The position numbers and the translations under genes were made by a program. DNA of 64,000 nt from Paraspadella gotoi (Eukaryota > Animalia > Chaetognatha): contig CM119264.1 of the NCBI GenBank assembly GCA_051294375.1, forward strand, positions 12,526,263 through 12,590,262, read 5' to 3'. The notes under the pieces were generated by a model. The model was given only the letters and a program-made list of their open reading frames with translations, was not told where the DNA came from and made no database searches. Positions 1 through 11,916 of the stretch are shown one piece after another. The number at the start of each line of letters is the position of its first letter. Within the stretch, counting starts at the first letter, position 1.

Positions 1-39
1 TGCTCTTTACATCTGTTTTTTAATAATTTTACACATCTT

Positions 40-552
40 CTACCTCAGCCTCTAATTCGGCTTTCCTATCCGCCTCTCACTTCTGCCTCTCACTTCCGCC
101 TCCACTTCTGCCTCCACTTCCGCGTCTCACTTCTGCCTCTCACGTCTACTTCGAATATATTGCAACCTCGGCACTTCCGGCTCCCACTTTCCGCTCCACT
201 TCCGCCTCTCACTTCTGCCTCTCACTTTCCGCTTCGTATTGCAGCCTCCACTTTCCTACGCCTCCACTTCCGCCTCTCACTTCTGCCTCTCACTTCCGCC
301 TCCACTTCCACCTCCACTCTCGCGTCTCACTTCTGCCTCTGACTTCCGCATCTATTGCAACCTTCCACTTCTGCCTCCACTTCCGCCTCTCACTTCTGCC
401 TCTCACTTTCTCATTCATTTCAGCCTCCACTTCTGCCTCATTTCAGACTTCACTCTGCCTACACTTCTGCCTCTCACTTACGCTCCACTTTCAGACTTCA
501 CTTCTGCAACCACTTCCGCCACCTACCATGCATCCACTTCCGCCTCCACTCC
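40..552. repeat. Degenerate 12-14-bp minisatellite, unit CACTTCYGCCTC(TC)
   Basis: Many tandem or near-tandem copies of cacttctgcctc / cacttccgcctc, often with an extra 'tc'; read directly from the sequence. Confidence 0.85.
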
Positions 553-630
553 CTGACCCCGCTTTTTCAGATTTCTGATGTTCGTCTGCCTTTGAACGCA
601 GATAAACGATCTTTGATATAAAGAGTCCAT

Positions 631-677
<47 letters not shown>

Positions 678-735
678 AATTCCCTCAGTTGTCCCGGTTT
701 TTGCTTAGCTAAGCAATAGAGCTCAGAGAGAGAGC

Positions 736-776
<41 letters not shown>

Positions 777-1138
777 AGAGAGGGACGTGGGGTTGGAAAA
801 CTGCGGACATTACGAACATCAATCAAAGCCTCGGATTTCTCAAACGACCGAAGACGCAAAAGGGGAAAAAACAGCTTTTTGGGTTTTTTGGCTTTTAGAT
901 TTTTCGGGGCAAGGAAGAGTTGGCTTTTTGGTAGACACGCGAAAATAGTAGCTAATTAATTGATGGTACAAATATATATGCAGACATAGTACTTAAAGTT
1001 ACAAACGTGTGTTCATTCAAAAATGAAATTTTATTTCTTTCATTCAGTTCACTGTTTACTACTTGTGTTTTAATTTATTTTACATTTACTATCTAGGAAA
1101 AAGTTTATCACATGTTAGTCGAGGATATCTACTAAAAA

Positions 1139-1600
1139 AATCAGAATGTTTCTGAATCTACATTAAATTTTTTCAGTATGCTCCTTCCATTTTTGTACTT
1201 CTAATTGTTAGAAGTTACTGGCAAAAAAGATTGCTACTTCAAATGAAAATTGCAAAAAAAATCATTTTTAGTTCTATAAATTTTTAGTATTTAGTTATTG
1301 TTTTTATTTTAAATAAATTAATTATTTTTTTTATTTTTTATTTGGCAATGCTAAAGTATTGCACCGTATTTGGTAAAAAAATGCTATTATAACTCTCAAA
1401 AAGAGGGTAAAAGCGCAACATCAACTTCGAGAATTAAGAGAATCAAGAATGTTTCCAAATTTACTTGTGAATTTTTTTATAGCTACTTCCATTTCTTCCG
1501 TTTAGAAGTTATAGGCAAAAAAAAATATTGCTACTTCAATAAAAATGGCAAAAAAATTTTATTTTCTATCATTTTTAGTATTTATTATTTTGTTTTTATT
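1139..1600 (+). repeat. Diverged ~170-bp AT-rich direct repeat pair (1139-1310 and 1441-1600)
   Basis: Shared order aatca(a)gaatgtttc...ttagaagtta..ggcaaaaaa..attgctacttcaa..aaaat.gcaaaaaaa..tttttagtattta..tgtttttattt; also present in copy 2 of block A. Confidence 0.7.
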
Positions 1601-1728
1601 TCACTCTTATACCTCAATTTGCTGTACAGAGCCAAAGGAGAGCATACCCAAATATTAAAATGTTTTACCCATGTTTTATATATTTTAATTAGGAGAACAA
1701 CAAAGTTTGTTTGTTTGATAAAACGATT

Positions 1729-1782
1729 TTTATTACATTGGACACGTTTCGGCTCTTGCTTTAAGCCTTCATCAGCGTTTCT
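1729..1782 (-). ncRNA. Minimal type I hammerhead ribozyme core (Penelope-like-element type), probably a relic
   Basis: Minus strand reads CTGATGA-A-GGCT taaagcaag AGCC-GAAA-CGT-GTC. This gives both core boxes, a GGCT/AGCC stem II, a short stem III, a GUC triplet, and AATAAA 6 nt downstream. Stem I pairs poorly. Confidence 0.6.
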
Positions 1783-2006
1783 CTATTTATACACAACGAA
1801 AAAGAAAGGAAATAATATAATATATTTTTAATTAAATAAATAACTTTCACATTTCAACTGAAAGGATAATAATATAACAATATGTGATATACTTTTTTCC
1901 GAGATAGTAAGTTATTCATTCTCATTTTATCTGCTGTTTATTCTCATTCGCCGGCTTGAGGATCTCCCCGTCATATGACGACCGATCGAGACCGAACCAA
2001 GACCTT

Positions 2007-2071
2007 CCGACCGACGGACGGACGGACCGACGGACCGATGTACCGACTGACCCACGGACAGCCAGACCGGA
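2007..2071. repeat. (GACS)n tetranucleotide run, (GTCC/GTCG)n on the minus strand
   Basis: ccgaccgacggacggacggaccgacggaccg...; second copy near 8842-8905. Confidence 0.7.
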
Positions 2072-2674
2072 TCAGAAAAGGAGGAAGGAAATGAGGGAAA
2101 TCGAGACGAAGGATTTCGACGAGTTTCCCGTTTATCTTCCTTTCTTTTTTTCTTCGTCATTCAAATGTAATAATCCGCCGAAACTCTGCCAGCGTTTTCG
2201 CCTTATTTATTTCCGGTTATCTTTCATTGTCAACAAAGTCTCCTCTCTTCTCTCTCTCTCTCTCTTCCTCTCTCTCTCTCCTCTCCTCTCTCTTTCATCT
2301 TTCTGCTCTTCTCTCTCTCTCTCGCTCTCGTTAATCTTTTCCGCGGCGCGCTCCATTCTCAGAGTCACCCTTCGGACGTGCGCAGAGAAGTAGGGCAAGG
2401 AAGCGAGCGGCGTCGCGGCGCCGCATTTGGAATCGAGGCTGTGGCGCAGAGAATTGCGTGAGTGGGAAGGAATCTCGACGGTAAAGACGAATGGAAGGAG
2501 GAAGGTGATTCGTCGACGTCGTTCACGCGGAAGAATTGACGTGACAAAATGTTCGGTGAAAAGACTTGGCAATGAAGGCACATTTGAGTAAATGTCTCAC
2601 GGACACATTTTCAACGCGTGGCGCAAGAATAAGAGAAAGGACTAAATAAAAGGCATAATAATATAATAATAATC

Positions 2675-2739
2675 AACATCATCATTAATCATCATAATCA
2701 TCACATCATTCATCATCAGCATATCATCATCATCATCAT

Positions 2740-2773
<34 letters not shown>

Positions 2774-2795
2774 CATCATCATCATCATCATCATC
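2675..2795. repeat. (ATC)n microsatellite
   Basis: Direct; cleaner copy at ~9540-9655, which produces the poly-Met ORF. Confidence 0.9.
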
Positions 2796-3514
2796 CATTC
2801 GGGACATGCTCTGTCATGTTGCGTAAAAAACAAACAACAATAAATTCAATTCAATAGCATCAGAGTCTTTGGCATCGTTTTTTTCCGTCACCATGGCAAT
2901 GAGAAACTTTCGCGTCATCGTCTTGTTATTGCCTCCTTTTCAAGCGTGGTAAAGCATAAGGAGCAAAGCATAAAGAAGAAAGCATTCATCCTCTCTTTGT
3001 CAGTGTTTTCTTGCTCGACGTCGTTGCTCCGAGACTGCAATAACCGGGGGTAACCCCACGTTCAATGGTTCCCACCGATTCTGTTGGGGCCATCAATTTC
3101 GGCATCGGAAAGTTTAATGACGTAAGCAAGTTCGATCGTTCGATCAATCAGCTCGCATGTCGCAATCCGAATTCATGCATAATATAATTAATAGCTTGTA
3201 ACTAAATGCTATAATTATCTTGATTTTATTTGATTTTAATCTCAAGGTTTCGCGAATTCACGGATCCCCCCCACCTACCCTGCCCCCACTCGATAGCCCA
3301 GACGCGCGGACGTGAATGACGCCCGCCACGCCCTTATTGCCGTTCTCGTCCATGCCTTGTCGCTCATGGAATTGATGCGGGGATCTCGGCATTGTGCGAG
3401 CGGAATCGCCTTGGATGGCATCGGACTGTTATCACATACATTGCAACAACAATCCAGTGTCCACGATTTAAGTTCTCTGCAAAACTCTCTCGGGCCTTTC
3501 TCTCTTCTCTCTCT

Positions 3515-3567
<53 letters not shown>

Positions 3568-4084
3568 CTCTCTCTCATTCACACACACATTAAGTCTCGT
3601 ATCTCTTCGTTTCAGTGACCAGAAACCGAGTCCCAGGACTAATCTTTTCTTCCCTCTCTCACACAGAAAAAAGTCAGTAAGTGTAAATTCATGAGTTTAT
3701 GTACATGTATGGAAGTAAATATAATTTTTTTTATATAAAGTTGTGTACCATGAGAAACTGTTAATATTCATAGATAACGTACTTCCGCGTAAAAATGCGA
3801 TCACGGTATAACTAAGGAATATTAGTAATACTTAGTTGAGTGATAAGATACATTAAACACTGGTTGTGCAATGTGCACAGTTCCTGTAATAATTTTAACA
3901 ATAATTGATCAAGTCATAATATGCTTGTTTTGCATATGTTTATAGTTGAGTTGTCACGTGATATCCAGAATACGCGCACAAAAAATCAAGCGGCGCACTA
4001 CTTTCAACGTGCCGTTTCTAGTTAAAAATAGATCTACATTTGCTTTTTTAAAGTTCTAGAAAGAAAAAGTTGACCTGAAGTAGG

Positions 4085-4179
<95 letters not shown>

Positions 4180-4732
4180 CAAATCCAATCTCTCTCCCGA
4201 TACAAAGGGATCAAGATACCATGACCAACCGCAAAGAGCATCGGGCTTCAGGGACTAATCCCGTTTTGCCTTTAAAAACAAACGGAGAAAGCCGAAGAAA
4301 GAAGAAAGCTGAAAAAAAGCAAAAGAAAGCAAAAGGCGAAAAGGCGAAACGAATTGTGAATTTTCTTTTTTTCACGGTTCTTAAGGACGCTCAGCTTTTG
4401 AAATAACTGTAGGATGATTGAATGTAAAGAGCTCTTGCTGCTCTCAGCTCAGTTTCTTCACTTTAGGTAAGCCAAGGTTATTTTTTAAATAGTTTAAAAA
4501 GTGTGTAATCTTTGTTAACGAACGACGCTAAGCTACTGACAATTTAAAAAAAGAAATCCTTTTGAAATATTCGAGTTGATTTCCGCATCTAAAATTGCGA
4601 AATACTTTAAACCGTCTCGGCTCACGTCACAAAACAAAACGAAAAAAACTCGCTGATCTCTCATTAATGGATTGTGCCGTAATTTTTCAGGCTTGCTCTG
4701 CCTAATCATTTTTTTTTATCTCTAATCTTGAG

Positions 4733-4810
<78 letters not shown>

Positions 4811-5012
4811 AAACGTGCCTCTTTTCATTGTCTTCTGCCAGTTCATCACAACATTACAAGCTGAAAATTCTTTCTCCCTTTTTTTTTCGCCCTTACTTTT
4901 TTTTTCTCTCACGACGAAGAAATTCCTCCTTATCTTCTTGGCGGGCAGCGAATCGAGGCGAGGGAAAGATATCGCCAGCTCTCTCTCTCGATCTCTCTCT
5001 CTCTCTCTCTCT

Positions 5013-5183
5013 GAGTCATATACTCAGCTCTCCGGATGCAGCCGTCCACCGGAGCAGCGGCGCGCGGCTGCCACCGACTCACTTCTCCTTCCGGACTTCT
5101 TCGCTCGATCAGGGAGATTTGCTCTCTCTCAATGGTGAGTCGGGCTTCTTCCGGTCGAAGTCCGAGCGGATCGGGCCCGGATT

Positions 5184-5252
<69 letters not shown>

Positions 5253-7109
5253 CACCAAACAACGTCGACAAGTCAAGTCTCACCATTTTTTGAGGAAACA
5301 GATTTAAGCGCTTCATTAGGCGTAGAGAACTAATTAGTCATTACTCATAGATAAGGCAAAACAAACTGGCCTTGCTGTGTAAATCACTTACATCAATGGA
5401 TTTTATGTAAAATGGTGAATGACCTTTCCTTTAAAAAATTTACATTTGGCTTTTAGTCAGTTTGTTGCTTCAATAAGCCAAATACAATTAAAAACAGTTT
5501 TTAAAAAAGAAATTTTTGATTGAAGCGTTTGGACAATTCTGAAAGTTTATAGTTAAATTCCTAAGTTTCTGGGAACAACTTTAGCGCGTTTGATCTAAAC
5601 CAAGAAAGATGTTTGTCAAATCCTGGCGACTTAAGGGCCAAGTGAACAGGGGGGTAAAAAGCTGAAAACATAACGTTTGACCCTTTAACTTAAGCTGGTT
5701 CGGATCATATAATTTTTTCCTTTTATAATCATTTGGGAAAGTAGTAAAAAATTCGATAAAATCAGCGAGCTTAATTTTCTTAAAAAAATTGGTAAGAACA
5801 AAATCTTTTTCAAGTTTAAAATTTTTTTTTCCAAAAAAGGGTAAGATCTAATTTTAAAAAGATTTCAGCTTTTTTCACAAAAATTTATAAGAAAAAAAAC
5901 TAGGAATGATCAAATTTAGGTATCGGACGATTTTATTTAAACTTTCTTTTCAAATGATTCTGTTAATTGGATGAAAATAAAACTCTTTGAAGTAATATAA
6001 ATATAAAAAGAAGAGAAAGATTCTGTACTTTGCTAAATTTTAATTGTTATAATTAGGAATCAATATAGTTTAATTATAACATTTAAGGGATGAATATGAA
6101 TATTAATTATAAATAATAATTAACTAATAATTACTTTTTTCCAATATTGCTAAAATATTATAAACAGAATTGATAAAAATTTAGCTCTAAGACAAAGTGG
6201 GGCTGGACTACGGATTATTGAAATCATCTGCTGCATTTTCTAATCAAGAATCAATATCATTTTTTGCTACTTTTAATGAGTAGAGTGGTAGGAAAAAGGT
6301 AAGGAAGAAAGGAAAGGATGACACAGAAAAATATGAGGGTAGAAACGTTGGAGAAAGGGAGAAAAGTCAGATGAGAAAGAGAGAAAAAGAGAGAGTTCGA
6401 AAAAAAAGTCGAGCAAAGAAAGAAAATAAGAAAAGGAGTGAAAAACAAAAGAAAAAAAAATTTATAATATAGCCTGCCATTTTTTTGCCAAAGCAGTAGT
6501 ATATCTAAAATACGCACAGATCTTACGAGCAATTTGATCTCTAAAAGTTGCTCTTGCCATGAAAAATATTTTTAGTTTCATCTTAATTAAGGCGGATACC
6601 GTAATAAGAATGATTGTCATAAAAGAAACATGTCTTACCGTATTTTTTTGAAAACATAAGAATTCAACCAGTGAGATCTATGTTATGAGGAGAAGATAAG
6701 ATATATATAAATAAAGAGTGTTTTCATATTTATCAGAGGGGAAAAAAAATAATAGTTATTTAAGTTCCAATTTCATTGTTGAAAATACCCGTATAAAAAA
6801 TCATGCCTATCTCAAATACAATTTCTTGAAAGGAAAAAGACTCCCGGATCCGCGCGAAACCATGATCGATCGCTCGGAGGCAGAGAGAAAAGACCGGCGG
6901 TGACGAGGGTAAGAGATGAGAGAAGAGAGTAGTTGCCACTGAGGGCTCCGATCGGATCGACTCTCCGTCGCGCGGATCGGGAGACAGGAGAAGGAAGAGG
7001 AAGAGGAGTAAGAAGAGCGAGCGAAGTAAGTCGAAGGCGGGGAGAAGCCGATCGGCCGCAGCGGCGGCTGCTCCGAGGCTGCGCTGATACGAGCTTCTGA
7101 GATAAAGCC

Positions 7110-7145
<36 letters not shown>

Positions 7146-7343
7146 AAAAGGAGAGAGAGAGAGAAATCCGGGCCCGATCCGCTCGGACTTCGATCGGAAG
7201 AAGCCCGACTCACCATTGAGAGAGAAAAATCTCCCTGATCCGAGCGGAAGAAGTCCGGAAGGAGAAGTGAGTCGGTCGGCAGCCGCGCGCCGGGGGGCTG
7301 CTCCGGTGGACGGCTGCATCCGGGAGAGCTGAGTATATGACTC
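5013..7343. mobile_element. Putative non-autonomous DNA transposon, 2.33 kb, ~170-bp TIRs starting GAGTCATATACTCAGCTCTCC
   Basis: 5013-~5185 is the reverse complement of ~7163-7343, extended inward by CT/GA tracts. Both outer flanks are (CT)n on the plus strand (ctct|GAG...CTC|ctct). The interior is mostly AT-rich with no transposase ORF. Confidence 0.6.
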
Positions 7344-7383
<40 letters not shown>

Positions 7384-7408
7384 NNNNNNNNNNNNNNNNN
7401 NNNNNNNN
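7384..7408. other. Assembly gap of exactly 25 N (also 36078-36102, 36801-36825, 52935-52959, 61024-61048)
   Basis: Counted N runs. Other gaps: 44904-44913, 55714-55915, 57454-58023, 58880-59619, 60686-60852. Confidence 0.97.
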
Positions 7409-7470
7409 AGATTTCTGATGTTCGTCTGCCTTTGAACGCAGATAAACGATCTTTGATATAAAGAGTCCAT

Positions 7471-7503
<33 letters not shown>

Positions 7504-8581
7504 AAATCCCTCATGTCCCGTTTTGCTTACTAAGCTAATAGGCCCTCAGAAGAGAAGCAGAGAGAGAGAGAAGAGAGAGGAGAGAGAAGAGCAGAGAGGA
7601 GAGAGAGGGACGGGGGTTGGAAGAACTGCGGACATTACGAACATCAATCAAAGCCTCGGATTTCTCAAACGACCGAAGACGCAAAAGGGGAAAAACAGCT
7701 TTTTGGGTTTTTGGCTTTTAGATTTTTCGGGGCAAGGAAGAGTTGGCTTTTTGGTAGACACGCGAAATAGTAGCTAATTAATTGATGGTACAAATATATA
7801 TGCAGACATAGTACTTAAAGTTACAAACGTGTGTTCATTCAAAAATGAAATTTTATTTCTTTCATTCATGTCTCACTGTTTACTACTTGTGTTTTAATTT
7901 ATTTTACATTTACTATCTAGGAAAAATGTATATCACATTGTTAGTCGAGGATATCTACTCAAAAAAATCAGAATGTTTCTGAATCTACATTAAATTTTTT
8001 TCAGTAGCTTCCTTCCATTTTTTGTACTTCTAATTGTTTAGAAGTTACTGGCAAAAAAAGATTGCTACTTCAAATAGAAAATTGCAAAAAAAATCATTTT
8101 TAGTTTTCTATAATTTTTAGTATTTAGTTATTTGTTTTTATTTTAAATAAAATTAATTATTTTTTTATTTTTTTTATTTGGCAATGCTAAAAGTATTGCA
8201 CCGTATTTGGTAAAAAAATGCTATTATAACTCTCAAAAATGAGGGTAAAAAGCGCAACATCAACTTCGAGAATTAAGAGAATCAAGAATGTTTCCAAATT
8301 TACTTTGAATTTTTTTTTAATAGCTTACTTCCATTTTCTTCCGTTTAGAAGTTATAGGCAAAAAAAATATTGCTACTTCAAATAAAAAATGGCAAAAAAA
8401 ATCTTTAATTTTCTATCATTTTTAGTATTTAGTTATTTGTTTTTATTTCACTCTTATACCTCAATTTGCTGTACCAGAGCCAAAGGAGAGCATACCAAAT
8501 ATTAAAAATGTTTTACCCATGTTTTATATATTTTTAATTAGTTAGAGAAAACAAAGTTTGTTTGTTTGATAACAACGATTT

Positions 8582-8635
8582 TTATTTACATTGGACACGT
8601 TTCGGCTCTTGCTTTAAGCCTTCATCAGCGTTTCT
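8582..8635 (-). ncRNA. Second copy of the hammerhead core (block A copy 2)
   Basis: gacacgtttcggctcttgctttaagccttcatcag at 8594-8628 is identical to 1741-1775. Confidence 0.55.
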
Positions 8636-9587
8636 CTATTTATACACAACGAAAAGAAAGGAAATAATATAATATATTTTTAATTAAATAAATGAACTTT
8701 TCAACAATTTAAACTGAAAGGATAATAATATAACAATTATGTGATATACTTTTTTCCGAGATAGTAAGTTATTCATTCTCATTTTATCTGCTGTTTATTC
8801 TCATTCGCCAGCCTTGAGGATCTCCCCGTCATATGGCCTTCACGACCGACGGACGGACGGACCGACGGACCGATGTACCGACTGACCCACGGACAGCCAG
8901 ACCGGATCAGAAAAGGAGGAAGGAAATGAGGGAAATCGAGACGAAGGATTTCGACGAGTTTCCCGTTTATCTTCCTTTCTTTTTTTCTTCCGTCATTCAA
9001 ATGTAATAATCCCGCCGAAACTCTGCCAGCGTTTTCGCCTTATTTATTTCCGGTTATCTTTCATTGTCAACAAAGTCTCTCCCTCTCTCTCTCTCTCTCT
9101 CTCTCGATGATCTTCTCTCTCTCTCTCTCTCTCTCTCGGGTCTCTCTCTCTCTCTCTCTCTCTCGCTCTCGTTAATCTTTTCCGCGGCGACGCTCCATTT
9201 CTCAGAGGTCACTCCTTCGGACGTGGCGCAGAGAAGTAGGCGCAAGGAAGCGAGCGGCGTCGGCGGCGCCGCATTTGGGAATCGAAGGCTGTGGCGCAGA
9301 GAAGTTTGGCGTGAAGTGGGAAGGAATCTCGACGGTAAAGAAGAAATGAAGGAGGAAGGTGATTCGTCGACGTCTTCGTCACGGCGGAAGAATTGACCGT
9401 GACAAAGATGTTCGGTGAAAAGACTTGGCTATTGAAGGCCATTTGAGTATAATGTCTCACGGACACATTTTCAACCGTGGCGCAAAGAATTAAGAGCAAA
9501 GGAAACTAAATAAAAAGGATAATAATAGTAATAATAATAATCATCATCATTATCATCATAATCATCATCATCATCATCATCAGCATT

Positions 9588-9655
<68 letters not shown>

Positions 9656-10385
9656 TCGGGACATTGCTCCCCTGTCAACTGTTGCGTAAAAAAACAAACA
9701 AACAAAATAAAATTCAAATTCAAATTACGCCATCAGAGTCTTTGGTCATCGTTTTTTTCGTCAACCATGGCAATGAGAAACTTTTCGTCGTCATCGTCTT
9801 CGTTATTGCCTCCTTTTCAAGCGTGGCGTAAAGCATAAGGAGCAAAGCATAAAGAAAGAAAAGACGATTCATCCTTCTCTTTGTCACGGTGTCTTTCTTG
9901 CCTCGACGTCGTTGCTCCGAGACTGCAATAACCGGGGGTAACCACCGGTTCATGGTTCCACCGCATTCTGTTGGGGCCATCAATATTCGGCATCGGAAAT
10001 GTTTAATGACGTAAGCAAGTTCGATCGTTCGATCAATCAGCTCGCATGTCGCAATCCGAATTTCATGCATAATATAATTATAGCTTGTAACTAAATGCTA
10101 TAATTATCTTGATTTTAATTTGATTTTAATCTCAAGGTTTCGCGAATCACGGATCCCCCCCACCTACCCCTGCCCCCACTCGATAGCCCAGACGCGCGGA
10201 CGTGAATGACGCCCGCCACGCCCTCATTGCCGTTCTCGTCGATGCCCTTTGTCGCTCATGGAATTGATGCGGGGATCTCGGCATTGTGCCGAGCGGAATC
10301 GCCTTGGATGGCATCGACTGTTATCACATAACATTGCAACAACAATCCAGTGTCCACGATTTAAGTTCTCTGCAAAACTCTCGGG

Positions 10386-10500
<115 letters not shown>

Positions 10501-11021
10501 CACACACACATTAAGTCTCGTATCTCTTCTTTTTCAGTGACCCAGAAACCGAGTCCCAGGACTAATCTTTTCTTCCCTTCTCTTCACACAAGAAAAGTTC
10601 AGTAAGTGTAAATTCATGAGTTTATGTACATGTATGGAAGTTAAATATAATTTTTTTTATATAAAGTTTGTGTACCATGAGAAACTGTTAATATTTCATA
10701 GATAACGTACTTCCGCGTAAAAATGCGATCACGGTATAACTAAGGAATATTAGTAATTACTTAGTTGAGTGATAAGATACCATTAAACACTGGTTGTGCA
10801 ATGTGCACAGTTCCTGTAATAATTTTACAAATAATTGATCAATCATAATATGCTTGTTTTGCATATGTTTTATAGTTGAGTTGTCACGTGATCATCCAGA
10901 AATACGCGCACAAAAAATCCACAGCGGCGCACTACTTTCAACGTGCCCGTTCTAGTTAAAAATAGATCTACATTTGCTTTTTTTAAAGTTCTAAGAAAAG
11001 AAAAAGTTGACCTGAAGTAGG

Positions 11022-11070
<49 letters not shown>

Positions 11071-11645
11071 CAAATCCAATCTCTTCTCCCGATACAAAGG
11101 GATCAAGATACCATGACCAACGCCGCAAAGAGCATCGGGCCTTCAGGGACTAATCCCGTTTTTGCCTTTAAAAACAAACGGAGAAAAGCCGAAGAAAGAA
11201 GAAAGCTGAAAAAAAAGCAAAAGAAAAGCAAAAGGCGAAAGGCGAAACGAATTGTGAATTTTCTTTTTTTTCACGGTTCTAAGGACGCTCAGCTTTGAAA
11301 TAAGCTGTAAGAGAGAGTTGAAAGTGTAAAGAGCTCTTGCTGCTCTCAGCTCAGTTTACTTCAACTTTAGGTAAGCCAAGGTTATTTTTTAAAGTAGTTT
11401 TAAAAGTGGTGTAATCTTTGTTAACGAACGACGCTAATTCTACTACAAATTTTTAAAAAAGAAATCCTTTTGAAATATTCGAGTTGATTTCCGCAATCTC
11501 AAATTGCGAAATACTTAAACCGTCTCGGCTCACGTCACAAAACAAACGAAAAAACTCGCTGATCTCTCATTAATGGATTGTGCCGTAATTTTTCAGGCTT
11601 TGCTCTGCCTAATCATTTTTTTTTTATCTTCTAATGCGTTGAGAA

Positions 11646-11711
<66 letters not shown>

Positions 11712-11916
11712 TGCCTCTTTTCATTGTCTTCTGCCAGTTCATCAGCAAACATTAGCAGAGCTGAAATTTCTTTCTCTCCCTTTTTTTTTCGCCCTTACTT
11801 TTTTTTTCTCTCACGAACGAAGAAATTCCTCCTTATCTCCTTGGCGCAGCGAATCGAGGCCGAGGAGAAAGATATCGCCAGCTCTCTCTCTCCTATCTCT
11901 CTCTCTCTCTCTCTCT

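Larger units (their letters stand above)
569..7383 (+). repeat. Duplicated block A, copy 1 (~6.8 kb)
   Basis: Starts agatttctgatgttcgtctgcc, the same as 7409; collinear with 7409-~14260 throughout; differences are mostly 1-bp indels. Confidence 0.95.

Noticed and set aside
2007-2071. Helentron/DINE-1-type element suggested by the (GTCY)-like run
   Set aside because: No subterminal inverted repeats or 3' hairpin identified; kept only as a microsatellite.
4440-4472. Inr-like TCAGTT followed by TAG|GTAAG donor; also isolated AG|GTAAGT at 26628, 27395 and 63063
   Set aside because: Short motifs expected by chance in 64 kb, with no supporting exon structure.
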